Of a stretch of DNA of 64,000 nucleotides, positions 11,968 through 25,643 are shown one piece after another. The stretch is from positions 13,144,001-13,208,000 of the forward strand of contig OX597838.1 of NCBI GenBank assembly GCA_951406725.2. The letters run 5' to 3'. The notes under the pieces were generated by a model. It was given only the letters and a program-made list of their open reading frames with translations. It had not been told where the DNA came from and searched no databases. Every line of letters starts with the position of its first letter. Positions within the stretch are counted from its first letter, which is position 1. This DNA is from Octopus vulgaris (lineage: Eukaryota). A program made the translations under genes and the position numbers.

Positions 11968-12680
11968 AGCATGGCTGTGTAGCTAAGTTACTCATTTTGT
12001 AACCATATGGTTTTAGGTTCAATCCCTCTGCAGGGCACTTTGGGCAAATGTTTTGTACTCTGACCCTGGGCTGATCAATGCCTTGTAGGTGAATTTAGTA
12101 GATGGGAACTCTGTGTGTGTGTGTGTGTGTCTGTTTGTCTGTCCTCTAACTGTTTTATAACTGGTGTTGGTTTGTTTACATTCAGTAACTTAGTTCGGTC
12201 TAAGAGTTCAATGGAATAAGTAACAGACTTTAAAAAATATAAATATTGGGGTTGGCTTGTTCAGCTAAACCCTTCAAGTTAGTGCCCCAGCATGGCCACA
12301 GTTCAATGACTAAAACAAAAGATAAAAAGAAACTACAACAATCTAGGGACAGGCATGGCTGTGTGGTAAGAAGCTTGCTTCCAAATCTCATGGTTCCAAG
12401 TTCAGTCTCACTGCATGGTACCTTTGGCAAGTGTCTTCTACTATAGCCCTGGGCTAACCAAGTCCTTGCAAGTGGATTTGGTTGATGGAAACTGAAAGAA
12501 GCCTGTTGTGTATGTTTGTCTGTCTGTCTGTGTTTGTACCCCACCAGTGCTTGACAACTGGTGTTGGTGAGTTTATGTCCCTTAACTCAGCAGTTTGGCA
12601 AAAGAGACAGAGAGAGAATATGCACCTGGGTTTATAAATAAATAATAAATCCTGGGGTCAATAAGTTCGACTAAACTTCT
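11968..12680 (+). mobile_element. Two diverged family A SINEs in tandem (~11968-12330 and ~12348-12680)
   Basis: gcatggctgtgt… heads, ttgggcaa(a/g)tgt core, ccccagcatggccacag…gactaaaacaa 3' part. Confidence 0.7.
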
Positions 12681-12892
12681 TCAAGATAAAAGTGTTATGG
12701 CTACAACCATCAACGCCATCACTACCACCAGCAATAACACCAACACCCCAATCCTCCATCTATTCACCCCTACCATCCCCGTTAATATAAACCTTCTCTA
12801 CCACCACCACCACCACCACTTTCCCCTGCCCCCATCCTCTGCTCTACTATCAAACCTGTCCTTTTACCTATATTTTCCACCTACACTATATG

Positions 12893-13032
<140 letters not shown>

Positions 13033-13429
13033 GCTTTCATCTCCTCTCACTCACTCACTATCTCTTACTCTCTCTCTTTCTTTCTTTCCTTATCCTGGAC
13101 CATAGTAGCTAGGCTGCTGAGACATCATACACACCAACATCAATCACCTCCATCACCACCATCATCATCACCACCACCACCACCACCACCACCATCATCC
13201 TCATCATCATCATCCACATCAACAGTGTTTCAAATGCTAAAGTTACTTAACTACTCACCAGGCTGTCTCCACCCAAATGTTGCTTCTCTTTCTCTCTCAC
13301 TCTCTCAATTTTTTCCTCTTCCCTTTCACCATCTCAATTTTGTTTTCCTGTCTCCCTTTTATCTTCATCTCTGTGTCTCTATCTCTCCTAATCATCCTCC
13401 CTTTCTACTATCCCACCATCTCTCTCTTT

Positions 13430-14050
13430 CTCTCTGTCTGTCTGTCTGTCCGTCCGTCCATCTATATATCTATCTATCTATCTATCTACCCATTCGTCCG
13501 TCCGTCCGTCCATCCATCCATCTATCTATCTATCTACCCGTCCCTCCGTCCGTCCCTCCGTCCGTCCATCCATCCGTCCCTCCGTCCGTCCCTCCGTCCA
13601 TCCATCCGTCCCTCCGTCCGTCCGTCCCTCCATCTGTCCGTCCCTCCGTCTGTCCGTCCCTCCGTCTGTCCGTCCCTCCGTCTGTCCGTCCCTCCGTCTG
13701 TCCGTCCCTCCGTCTGTCCGTCCGTCCGTCCCTCCGTCCGTCCATCCCTCCGTCTGTCCGTCCCTCCGTCCCTCCGTCTGTCCGTCCGTCCCTCCGTCCG
13801 TCCGTCCGTCCCTCCGTCCGTCCGTCCCTCCGTCCGTCCGTCCATCCATCCATCCATCTATCTACCCGTCCGTCCGTCCGTCCATCCATCCATCCATCCA
13901 TCTATCTATCTATCTATCTATCTATCTACCTGTCCATCCATCCATCCATCCATCTACCTACCTACCTACCTACCTGTCCATCCATCTACCTGTCCATCCA
14001 TCTATCTATCTATCTATCTACCTACCTACCTCTCCATCCATCCATTCATC
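13430..14050. repeat. Compound tetranucleotide microsatellite (CCGT/CCAT/CCCT/CTAT)n
   Basis: Seen directly; accounts for the 538-aa and 309-aa pseudo-ORFs. Confidence 0.95.
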
Positions 14051-14448
14051 TATCTGACATTCATCCCTTTTTCCACCACCCCCTCCTTTCCTCATTTTAT
14101 CATTCTTCTTCCTGTCTTCTTCATTCTCTCCATCTTTGTTTCTCTCGCCTCCCATTTCTTTTCTTTTTCCTGTTCCAAAATATTTCATTTCCTAGATTTT
14201 GTTTGATTTTTTTTTATTATAACAGTACTAGTAGGGATGGTGGTGGTGGTGGTGGTGGTGGTGGTGGTGACGGATGTTGTATTCCTGTAACCTGTGTTTA
14301 CATAACTGGCTAGTTTAGCTATCTTTAGGTAGGCAGGCAGGTAGGTAGGTAGATCCAAGGTGAGGGATGGGTAAAGTAGACAGCTAGAACTTATATGGTT
14401 TGTATGGGTAGCAATGTTGGGCAGTATAGGTAGGTAGAAAGTCTTTAA

Positions 14449-14670
14449 CCCTTTAGTGTTCAGATTATTCTATCAAACATAATAATGCCTATTGATTCCC
14501 ATTGATTTGAATTAATCATGCATTTTCTCATATCTTCAAGATCTTGATGGTGTAATTACTTAATGTAGAATAACATTGTAGGGTAGGTGTGAGGGCCTGA
14601 ATCTGGTCAGTTTGAACATAAAACAGATTAAGTATTTTGGCCGGATATGGCCGGTTTAAATACTAAAGGG
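14449..14670. mobile_element. piggyBac-like MITE (~222 bp) with TTAA target-site duplication
   Basis: TTAA|CCCTTTAGT … ACTAAAGGG|TTAA; same family as 20183-20398 and 21173-21393, in opposite orientation. Confidence 0.85.
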
Positions 14671-14779
14671 TTAAAGGTACCCAAATAGTAAGATACTTAG
14701 GTAGTGGAGAGACTCATGGATTCATAGAAAAACAGTTTAGTAGATAAATGCAGAGAAAGCCAGATTGCTTAGTAGAGAA

Positions 14780-15100
14780 ATAAGCAGAAACTCAAATAGC
14801 TTTTGGAGACAAATATACAGGTAGACAGATAGTTTGAGACAACTATATAGGTAGGTACGTAGTTAAGGAGACAGATATGCTGGTTGATAGTTTAAGAGAC
14901 AAATGCATAGATAGATAAATAGATGGTAAATATGTAGGTAAATAGAGGGTTTTAGTAAGACAAATATACAGGTAAACTGATAGTTCAGCAGACAGATATA
15001 CAGGTAGAGAATCTTGGGAAACAAGTATACAGGTAGACAGTTTTAGGAGATAAATATATGGCTAGACAATTTTGGGAGACAAATATACTGGTAGACAGTT
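14780..15100. repeat. Degenerate ~30-bp minisatellite (ttttggagacaaatatacaggtagacagatag-like)
   Basis: Recurring agacaaatatacaggtaga core. Confidence 0.7.
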
Positions 15101-15342
15101 TTTTTTTCCTGTTGGTGTCATATTATAAAGATTGTAAATGAGAGGTTTCAGGGTTGCTATAGTAATTATTTTTTAGATATTTTCTGCTTAAATATGAAGG
15201 TATTGCTAGTGAGAGGTTTTACATAATTCAGGTTACCTTAGATGGGTGGACAGATAGTTCAGACAGGCACCCACATGGATAGACAAAGATGTGGGTGGCT
15301 AGATAGATAGATAGATGACTTATGTATATATATATGTGTGTA

Positions 15343-15375
<33 letters not shown>

Positions 15376-15809
15376 GCATTCACATTCAGACAGACAGATG
15401 GATGAATAAATGGATGGATGTATAGGTTAAATACACAAGTTTGTAAATAGCAAGGAATGCTAAGAGATAAAGATCTTGTGATAAATAGGGAGGTATGTTT
15501 GTAGATCTAGAGATACAGCGATTACATATTTGTATCATAAATATCATAAATATCATTACGTCAAACATGCACCACGTGTGTTTGTGTGTGTATGGAGTCT
15601 GCTTGAATAAGCAAAGAATCCTTTGAGTTCACATGGGAGAGGAAAGGGTCAGGTGGGTGTGACATTCATGGGGTTTTTTTTCTCAAGGACGTCAAAAGTT
15701 AATGTCAGCCAATCTACTCCAGGTAGGAATTGAAACTGGGTTACAGAATTGGCAGCCTGCCTAGTTCATATCACATTACAGTGCACGTGTTACACACGTA
15801 CACATGTAT

Positions 15810-15851
<42 letters not shown>

Positions 15852-15954
15852 AAATTAGAAAATGGGGGAACATACTTAAATCAATCAAACATCAACCATC
15901 AGATAATACCCAATCAATACTTTATTACACCATTACATAACAGCATTATATATA

Positions 15955-16320
15955 CGAGCAAAACGTCCCCCGCCCCCGTCCGATGGACAGTGCTGAGTTG
16001 TCAAATATTTAAACCAAATTTTCTCAAAACAACTTGTCTGACCGTCCCATAAGGCCTCCCCTTTGAGAAACACTGATTTAACCTAAATTTGAGACACCAG
16101 CAAAAGACGGATTTTGACTGTACTTGCACGTACAAATGCATGTTCCCATGGCTTTATCAATCGCATTCTCACCTGGAATAGATTTTTTATGATTTTTTCA
16201 AGACTTATACACGCCCTGATACCATCGGTATCTACATTTCAAATTTGAGCACAATCGGATGGAGGATGCCCGAGATCCTAGAAGACACACACACAGACAG
16301 AACGGATTTTATATAATAGA
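15955..16320 (-). mobile_element. Putative non-autonomous Helitron-like element
   Basis: Minus strand begins A|TCTATTATATATAAAATCCGTTCTGTCTGTGTG…ATCCGATTGTGCTCAAATTTG (typical 5'-TC Helitron head) and ends in a GC-rich segment followed by CTCG|T. Confidence 0.5.
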
Positions 16321-16622
16321 TCATCATCATCATTTAACGTCTGTTTTCTATGCTAGCATGGGTTGGATGGTTCGACCGGGGTCCGGTTAGCCATGGAGGC
16401 TGCACAAGGCTCCAGTCTGATTTGGCAGTGTTTCTACAGATGGATGCCCTTCCTAACGCCAACCACTTCATGAGTGTAGTGAGTGTTTTTTATGTGCCAC
16501 CGGCACAGGAGCCAGTGCAGGCTGGCAAACGGCCACGATCGGTTGGTGCTTTTACGTGTCACCGACATGGACGCCAGTCAGGTGACGCTAGTAACTGCTA
16601 TGCTCGAACGGTGGTTTTACGT
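16321..16622 (-). mobile_element. Family C repeat
   Basis: Similar to 10060-10235, with a longer 5' extension. Confidence 0.8.
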
Positions 16623-16623
16623 G

Positions 16624-16673
<50 letters not shown>

Positions 16674-17892
16674 ATTCTCCCATCAAAGATGACATGTGAG
16701 TATTTGGCTCTTTTGCCAAATGACCTGCACAAATGATTGTTTATGGTGATGAAATATATGTGCTGCACATTAGTCCACTCCCTCCATCAAATTGATGTTA
16801 CCTGAACAGGTGCATGGTGTACCACGTGTCAGGTGTCAAAGTGATCACACAGCAAATGTGAGATGAAGTGTTTTGCCCATGAACACAAGGTATTACTCAG
16901 TCTAGGAATTGAAATCACAATCGCTTGATCAGGAGTTCAACATCCTAACCACTAGGCCATGTGCCTCCCACCTCACATATATATATAAAGTTGTAATAAT
17001 GAAGTTTTGAAATCCCACCATGACTTTATGGACACGGTGTGTGTGTGTGTGTGAGTGTGTGTGTGTTTGATATTTTAATAGAAGTTAATATTAGGAAAAG
17101 ACATAACTTTGTGTTTGTAAGCTCTTATCCAGAAGATCTCTGATCATAGATATTCCAGCTGTGAAGAATATTCCATCAGTTAGGAGGATGTTGTTTACTA
17201 ACCCATTATGTAATCTGTCCTCCAATTCTTATTTCTAAGAGAGTAGAATATAATTTGAGGGAGGTTTGGCTGTTGTTTATCTGGCTCGCTTCAATGATTT
17301 ATCTACAATCTGTCACTGGCTACTTCCAGGAATTTATGTTTTGGAAACGGGAAGGAAAGCAGAAGGAATGTTACCTCTTACCCTCTTTAATTCTCTCTCT
17401 CACTCTCTGTCTTTCTCTTTCTCTGTTTGCCTCACCTTTTCTCTCTTCCTTGTAATTCTGTCTACACCTAACTCTTTCTTTCTGAATCACCCCCTCACTC
17501 AGCCATTACCCTTTCTTCCTCCAATATGCCATTTCTCTTTTACACACACCCAGACACACTTTTCTGGGACCCTTGAGATCAAGTAAATGATTACTGGTAT
17601 ACTTTGCAAAAGAAAAAAAAACACAAAAAAAACAAACTCTAAAAATGCCTGTTTTAACCAATCATCTATCTACTCCACCCGGGGTAGAGCCTTCATGTAC
17701 CCCTCCTTAGGGTCCTATCAGAAGCAATCATCATTAGGCCTTCCATCTGGATTTCTATGTATAACCAACCTATAGTTTATGTTTTAAAGTTAAAAATTCA
17801 CCAAAAAATCAGTACAAAATCATTGCTTATTTCATTTCATTAGTCATAGTTGTGCTAAAACAAATTACGATACACTTTTTTAAAAGGTTCTT

Positions 17893-18230
17893 AAGGTGTG
17901 GTTGTATAGTTAAGAAGCTCGCTTTCTCACCACATGGTTTTGGGTTCAGTCCCACTGCACAGCACCTTGGATAAGTGTTTTCTACTAAACAGAAACTGAA
18001 AGAAGCTTGTGTGTGCATATTTATTGTCCCACCACCATCACCACCACATAATGACTGGTGTTGGTTTGTTTACGTCCTTGTAACTTAGTGGTTCATTAGG
18101 AAATAACGATACAGTATGTCACAGACTTCGATAAAAAAAGTAAGTACTGGAATTAATTTGTTCAACTAAAACCTTCAGTGCAGTGCCTCAGCATGGTCCC
18201 AATCCGATGACTGCAACAAGTAAAAGACAG
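17893..18230 (+). mobile_element. Diverged family A SINE
   Basis: ccacatggttttgggttcagtcccactgc head and cagcatggtc…acaagtaaaaga tail. Confidence 0.65.
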
Positions 18231-18986
18231 AAGATATTAGTTTGACTTTTCTAAAGCCTTAAATAATTCTTTTTATAAAAACTTTATAAAAATACACCAG
18301 CAGTTACAGTATCTCTGTTCCAACCACCCTATCTCTCTGATTTGATCTATCAGCCTCTTTGTTTGTGTCTCTCTGTGCATCTCTATTTGTCCGATCTGTT
18401 ATGTCCTCTGTCTGTTTGTTTCTTTCCGTTTTCTTCTGTCCCCTTGTCTGTGTGTCCCTATTTGTCTGTCTGTGTGTTTCTGTATGATATATTCTGTTCT
18501 GTTTGTTTGTCTCTGTTTAATCTAGTCTGTCTTCCGTCAGGGTCAGGCCATGTGTGTCCCCTGTCTGTCTGATTCGTCCAGTCTTGTTGATGGTGTCCCT
18601 TATAGTCCTGTCTGTCTCTCTCTGTCGCGTTACCCCACCACCACCATAAGCCACCTTACCATCCCCCTTAATATAAACCGATTTCTCCTCCCCCAACCCA
18701 TCGCAATACAATTATATTTATAAACGATTAGCCATGTCCCCTTTTCTTCCCCCTTTACACAGACCTTGACCAACCCGTCCATCCCCAATATTTTACTTTC
18801 CATTGTTTATGAATTTGTCTTAAATCTTACTGTTTCTTGTATTGTTTTGTGTTGTTTTACATTGTTGTTGTATATCACTGAGTTGAGTTCAAGTCCTTGG
18901 CCATCGACAGCCTGGATACTTATCTACACAATCGCACACTCCCTCTTGTACACACACACACATAAACACATCGTTTATACACTCTT

Positions 18987-19120
18987 TCTTATTTCTTTAT
19001 TGCCCACAAGGGGCTAAACATAGAGGGGACATACAAGGACAGACAAAGGGGTTAAGTCGATTACATCGACCCCAGTGTGTAACTGGTACTTAATTTATCG
19101 ACCCCGAAGGGATGAAAGGC
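18987..19120 (-). mobile_element. Family B SINE, 5'-truncated
   Basis: Reverse complement of the 3' half of 19245-19476. Confidence 0.8.
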
Positions 19121-19244
19121 ATATGGACATACATTCTTGCAATCATATGTAAAAAAATTATGTGCACTCACTTGCATGTAAATGCAGGCTGGCAGGTAAG
19201 TGCATAAAACCGGTATAGAGATGCACACATATACTAGAGATACA

Positions 19245-19476
19245 AAGGTGGCAAGCTGGCAGAAGCGTTAGCGTGCCGGGCGAAATGCTTAGCGGTATTT
19301 CGTCTGTCGCTACGTTCTGAGTTCAAATTCCGCCGAGGTTGACTTTGCCTTTCATCCTTTCGGTGTCGATAAATAAAGTACCAGTTTCGCACTGGGCTCG
19401 ATGTAATCGACTTAATCCATTTGTCTGTCCTTGTTTGTCCCCTCTGTGTTTAGCCCCTTGTGGGTAATAAAGAAAT
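19245..19476 (+). mobile_element. Family B tRNA-derived SINE monomer with 16-bp TSD
   Basis: TSD atatactagagataca at 19229-19244 and 19477-19492; head agctggcagaa…gagttcaaattcc. Confidence 0.9.
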
Positions 19477-20182
19477 ATATACTAGAGATACACAAGATAT
19501 ACACACACCCATGTAGGCATACATATACATTTGTGAATATATTTGTACATTCATATGTAAAGGCATGTGGCATAGTGGTTAGGAGTGTTGCATTCACATT
19601 TGTAAGGTGAGGGTTTCAATTCCCAGACTGGATGGTACATTATGTTCTTAAGTAAAGCACTTCATTTTCTGTAGCTCCAGTTTATCCATACATCCGTCTT
19701 CTTCATCCATTGTTCCAGGATGGGTTGTTAGACTAGAGTGCTCAGCTATCTCATCCATGGGCCCCTATTAGAGATCTCTGTCACTTATACACCTTGGAAA
19801 CCAGTTTGAACTCTGGCCTTATGAATCCAAGGGCTCATGACAGACTTTAAAGTAAGTAAGCCTATGTGTAAAAATTTCCATGTACACACATGCACAATGC
19901 ATGTATATAACCATGTGCACATACATTTACACATGCACATATTTTTACATGCATATGTGACATGTAGAGATGTACGCACACAGATTCGCATATGTATTTA
20001 GATGTAAGTACCACAGTCCGCATTCAGTGAACCACACACACACACACACACACTAGTTATGAGAAGACTTCTATATCTTCTGTGGTCATTTAATTTGCTA
20101 AGTGTAGCAGCTAAACTTCCTTCTATCAACTCTGCCTTACTTATATATCTATAGTGCCACATGTTTTGGTCTACACATTTAA

Positions 20183-20398
20183 CTCTTTGGCATTTAAACT
20201 GATCATATCTAGCCAAAATATTCTGCCTGTTTTGTTTTTAAACTAACCAGATCTGGCCTCTTACTCGTACTCCACAATGCCATTCTAGAAATAAACACAT
20301 CATCAAAATCTTGAAACTACAACATAATGTATGATAAATCCAAAACAATGTGAATAAATAAGCATTACATTTGACAGAGTAGTCTGGATGCTAAGGGG
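20183..20398. mobile_element. piggyBac-like TTAA MITE (diverged)
   Basis: TTAA|CTCTTTGGCATTTAAA … CTAAGGGG|TTAA. Confidence 0.75.
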
Positions 20399-20409
20399 TT
20401 AAACATATG

Positions 20410-21050
20410 ATTAGGATCACATTTTGGGTCCATTTGTGTGTCAGGCCAACACATGTGCAACAAATAGGATCACATGTTTGATTACATCATTATTGATAAA
20501 TGATAGTTCCATGTTTTTAGACACATGTATATCAGAACAGATAATAACGAAGAGCACAAAATCAATACAGGGCTGAGACCACATGTCTTAATATATAAAT
20601 GGGACCATGTTTTAGGATGTAAATAGGGCCACATGTTTAGTACATAAATGAAATTACATGTATGAGACCACGTTTTAAATATAAAGATGGAACTCTGTAT
20701 TTTACTATTAATGTAAGGTCTCATGTTTTAATATGAATAATACCTGTTTTAATATGTAAATACAGCCACATGTTTGCTACGTAAAGAGATGACATGTTTA
20801 CATATAAATAGGACTATATGCTTTAAATATATAAATAGAACTACATAATTTAGTACATAAACAGAGCCACATGTTTTAATTTGAATAAAACCACATTTTA
20901 ATATGTTAATAGAACAACATGTTAAATACATGAATGGGATCACATGTTTGCATATATAAATGGGACCTCATGTTTTACATGTATAATGGGAACCATGTTT
21001 TATTATGCAAATGAAACAATATGCATTAAGTATTTGAATGTGGCACATAT
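20410..21050. repeat. Degenerate ~26-28-bp minisatellite (aaataggatcacatgtttt-like)
   Basis: Recurring (c)acatgtttt core at roughly regular spacing. Confidence 0.7.
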
Positions 21051-21172
21051 ATATTTAAGTACCTTTGTGCAGGACAATTCCCCACACAATGAAGAAAACA
21101 CATATAAGCTTAGATTTACTAAAAAAGAAAAGACAAGAATAGACAGGACGGTTATAGCTGGAATGCCCTTAA

Positions 21173-21393
21173 CCCTTTAGCATTTAAACCGGCCATATCC
21201 GGTCAAAAGTATTCTGCCTGTTTTATGTTCAAACTGGCCAGATCTGGACTCTCACACCAACCCTACAATATCATTCTAGAAATTAACAGCTACCTCATTA
21301 AAATCTCATACATACAAGAAAATGCCTGATTAGTTCAAAACAATGTGGATAAAAAAGCATTAATTTTGGCAGAATAATGCGAACACTAAAGGG
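21173..21393. mobile_element. piggyBac-like TTAA MITE
   Basis: TTAA|CCCTTTAG … CTAAAGGG|TTAA, 221 bp. Confidence 0.85.
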
Positions 21394-21965
21394 TTAATCA
21401 TGAGACCACTCTATCAGGGTTGACCTGGTGTTAAATAACAACAACAACAACTACGGTTTTCCAGTGGCTGAATCTATCTTTGCCTACATCTCCATCACCA
21501 CCAACAAACAGTCCAGATATTTTTCATATTTCTGTAGATGTTTATGGTGTGGTACGAAGGAGAATCAATGATTTTTATGTCTGGGCATTTAATAATTGGT
21601 TCTGTTAGTTCTGTGCCAAACCATTTTTCGCCCCAGCCCCCAATCAATCTGAGAAAGACATTCTGAACATTCTGGATGGTTAAGAATTTTAAATTCGCTC
21701 TTCAACACTTGATTCGCTATTTTCTGTGCCAAGCAGAATTGGCCGGTCAGAAGCTATTAAACGGAGTTGGAATGGCCACAACTAAATTGCTGGACACATA
21801 GTTACATATGTGGGTGTGTCTCCTCATCTTAGCAGCAGGAATTTTAGTTTAACATCTAAGCAATGAATTGGCCATTTCTATGTCAAAGATTTGCTCTGGC
21901 AAAATTGATCTGGGGTACGTCTTATTTTAATTATTATTTTTTTTTTTTTGATGTTAGGTGGAGAT

Positions 21966-22001
<36 letters not shown>

Positions 22002-22665
22002 GTATAGACAGGACTGTTAATGAATACACATATATGCACATACTTTATACATTGATCCTTCAATTAATATTCAAAGGTGGGTGTATAATTGTGTAGATAA
22101 GATACCAGTGTGTTGTGGTCTACAGTTTTTGTTTGTCAACATGTATATATATCTGTGTATATGTATGTATGAATGTAATTTATGTATATGTAAATATACA
22201 CCTACACACTTCACGTACATGTGTAAATTAAAAGTAATCCTGTTTATATTTTTCTGTTAAGAAAAGGTATTTTTGTTTGCAAATATTGACAGTAAATGCA
22301 ATGAGTGACCTTCGTCTTAAACCAGCATTTTTCTACCAAAGTAAAACATAATTGTTAAGACCATCATCATCATCATCATCATTATCATTTTCATTGTTGT
22401 CGTCATCATCATCATTGTATCTATTATCATTACTATTATTTCCCTTGTCATCGTCTAATTCTATAATCACAATTATGTTCAGCTCTGTCATCATCTCCTC
22501 AATTGTTCTAATGGCTCTCCACCCTCCATTTTTGCTGAAAAAACTGGATGTTAAAATGTTGGCATCTAATGGCAAAGAGGTTATTTGTGGTGATGACAAT
22601 GTGCGTCAGTAATGAATGACAGGGAATGCCATGTCATATCCAGCATCACTATTATCGTCATCATC

Positions 22666-23070
22666 GAGCTGGCAGAATCGTTAGCACGCCGGGCGAAATG
22701 CGTAGCCGTATTTCGTCTGCCGTTACGTTCTGAGTTCAAATTCCGCCGAGGCCGACTTTGCCTTTCATCCTTTCGGGGTCGATAAATTAAGTACCAGTTA
22801 CACACTGGGGTCGATGTAATCGACTTAATCCGTTTGTCTGTTCCTTGTTTGTCCTCTCTGTGTTTAGCCCCTTGTGGGTAGTAAAGAAATAGGTATTTCG
22901 TCTGTCTTTACGTTCTAAGTTCAAATTCCGCCGAGGTCGACTTTGCCTTTCATCCTTTTGGGGTCGATAAATTAAGTACCAGTTACGCACTGGGGTCGAT
23001 GTAATCGACTTAATCCGTTTGTCTGTCCTTGTTTGTTCCCTCTGTGTTTAGCCCCTTGTGGGTAATAAAG
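22666..23070 (+). mobile_element. Family B SINE head-to-tail dimer (second unit lacks the first ~50 nt)
   Basis: Junction aagaaata|ggtatttcg at 22891/22892; period ~185 bp. Confidence 0.85.
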
Positions 23071-23846
23071 TAACATATCATCATCATCACCATCACCCTC
23101 AACATCATCATCATCATTACCATCATCACAATCATCATCTAATACCATAATCACAATTATCTTCATCACTGTCATCGTATGCATAATCATCATCATCAAC
23201 ATCATTACCATGATCGTCATCACCACCACCACTATCATCATCATCATCATCATCACAGATAACCTATTCATCATTAGATACCAACATCTTCGCATCCAGT
23301 TTTCCATTCTGGCTAAAGTGGGAAGGTAATGCAGGCCCATTAAATACCACAAACAAAATTTCACCATAAATCTCTTACAGTACTTTGGCCAATTAGATAG
23401 AGCAGCAGTCTACTTGCTCGTAAATCACAAGTTCAAATCTGGTACCAGGATCTAGGGTTTCTTTGTATACTCAAACATACATAGACATTCCACATGCTTC
23501 ACTTCAAGCTGGTGGGATTATTAATTAATTAGAAAGATAATCTGGGAATGTTATCAGTAATAAGACTGCTGTACTAATCTAGGAAGTAGAGACAAGTTGG
23601 CTGAGTTGATATGGTATTGGACTGCCAGGTCATAGTTCACAGGTTCAAATTTCATATAGAAGTTTCGTTGTTGCTATTTTTGTTTTTCTTTTTTCTTCTT
23701 GCTTTGAGTTTTCTTTTGTCTCTTATGAATTATAGGTTTTTCTTTCCTTCCAAGTTTTTGTTATATATATATATATTTATTTAATTTCTTATATACATTA
23801 CAACTCACCATGTGGGGATAATTGAAATTCCTCTTTTCTGTTCTGT

Positions 23847-23882
<36 letters not shown>

Positions 23883-23887
23883 TTATT

Positions 23888-24022
23888 ATAGAGATGTACT
23901 TGCATAGCAAATGACCTGATCTGAGATCGTGTGCTGAAACAAAAACAATTGCAACATGGAAGGTGTTTATAAGCCATTTAAAAAACACACAAAACCATTA
24001 GATTCACTTCAACATGTAAATT
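23888..24022. mobile_element. Partial, non-palindromic copy of the element at 50748-51099
   Basis: gagatgtacttgcatagc…gatctgagatcgtgtgctgaaac…ggaaggtgtttataagccattta…gattcacttcaacat is the reverse complement of ~50965-51096; flanked by (TA)n. Confidence 0.75.
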
Positions 24023-24026
24023 ATAC

Positions 24027-24066
<40 letters not shown>

Positions 24067-25140
24067 AGTATTGACTGCCAGAAGAAAGAATATTCAATAC
24101 TATAGTAGAAATTAATATTATTATTTTGACCAACTCAGTCCCTTGCTACTCTGAGTTTCACCTGTGAGTCCACAGTGTCTTCAGGCAAGCTACAACTTGT
24201 AACTAGCCTAAGACTTTGTCCACCCACAGGTGAAACTAAGTTTAATGAGAGACTGACTCCACACACACACACACACATTGTCCATAAATTATCTTTACAA
24301 TTTGAAAAAAAAAAAAATTGGAACCAGTTTAGTTGAGTAGAATTTATTGGAAAACAAATCAAGTTTTATCAGAAATATCCGAGCACTTCCACACGGGCTC
24401 CATTAGTTGCACGCAACACATTGACACAATAATTTGTGGACATAGTAAAGATAATTTATGAACACCCTTTCAATGTTCCTTTTTTCCACGCTGACATGGG
24501 TTGATCAGTTCAATATGAACAGACTTGCCTGAGGGCAAGCTCCGATGTCTGCTTTGGCATGGTTTCTACAGCTAGATACCCTTCCTAGCATCAACTACTT
24601 CATAATGTATGGGTTGGGGTTATTATTGATATCAAGATCTGACAGTTTACTCATTGCTTCACCCATGGCTGTTCAAGACAACTGTGAACAGCCAAGGGCA
24701 AAACTCAAGAATAGATTCTGTCATATCTTGATATAATAATCATGTCTATCCACTCTAGCCAATATACTGAGTTCTATATCAGATAATATTTACACTTTGT
24801 AATGTGTGTGTGTGTGCCAAAGATACACACACATATGTATATATTTATACTTATATGTATGTGTATATATATATATATATATACGCATACACACAAACAT
24901 CCATATACTCACACATGTGCATGTATTTATACACCTACGCATGTATGTGTAAAGATGTACGTGTATATATAAGTGTATGTTTGTATATTGCTCCAAAAGA
25001 ATTTCTGGTTATATTTCTGGCAAAATTCCAAGAAAACATTATTTATCCCCACACTGGTTGGTTAGTTGGTATTCCACTCTTGGAATTTCATAAGTGTTCT
25101 AAGATGTGCAACTGATAAAGTGAGACGTTTATTATGATAA

Positions 25141-25181
<41 letters not shown>

Positions 25182-25450
25182 GAGAGAGAGAGAAAGTCAG
25201 TGTGGGATGTGCTTAGAAAGTAGTATGTGCTTTGTGTGAGAAAGGTGTACAAATGTGTGTGTGTGTATTTATATACTTTTAATTATGTTTAATATATATA
25301 TATATATGTATTTATGTGGGATAGTGTGTGCGTGTAATTAAGTATTTGGTTATCTTTATACATGTATACACACTCATGCATACTTATGTGTGTGTACATG
25401 CAAATGTACTAAATGTTTGTACACATGCACGCATGTATGTGTGTGTGTAT

Positions 25451-25643
25451 CATCATCATCATCATTTAGCGTCCGCTTTCCATGCTAGCATGGGTAGGAC
25501 GGTTCAACTGGGGTCTGTGAAGCTGGAAGGCTTCATCAGGCCCAGTCAGATCTGGCAGTGTTTCTACGGCTGGATGCCCTTCCTAACGCCAACCACTCCG
25601 TGAGTGTAGTGGGTGCTTTTTACGTGCCACCCGCACAGGTGCC
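25451..25643 (-). mobile_element. Family C repeat
   Basis: Similarity to other family C copies. Confidence 0.8.

Noticed and set aside
21538-21598. Acceptor tttttcatatttctgtAG followed by DVYGVVRRRINDFYVWAFNN (or a 14-nt microexon)
   Set aside because: Donors are weak and several readings are possible; cannot be supported without RNA data
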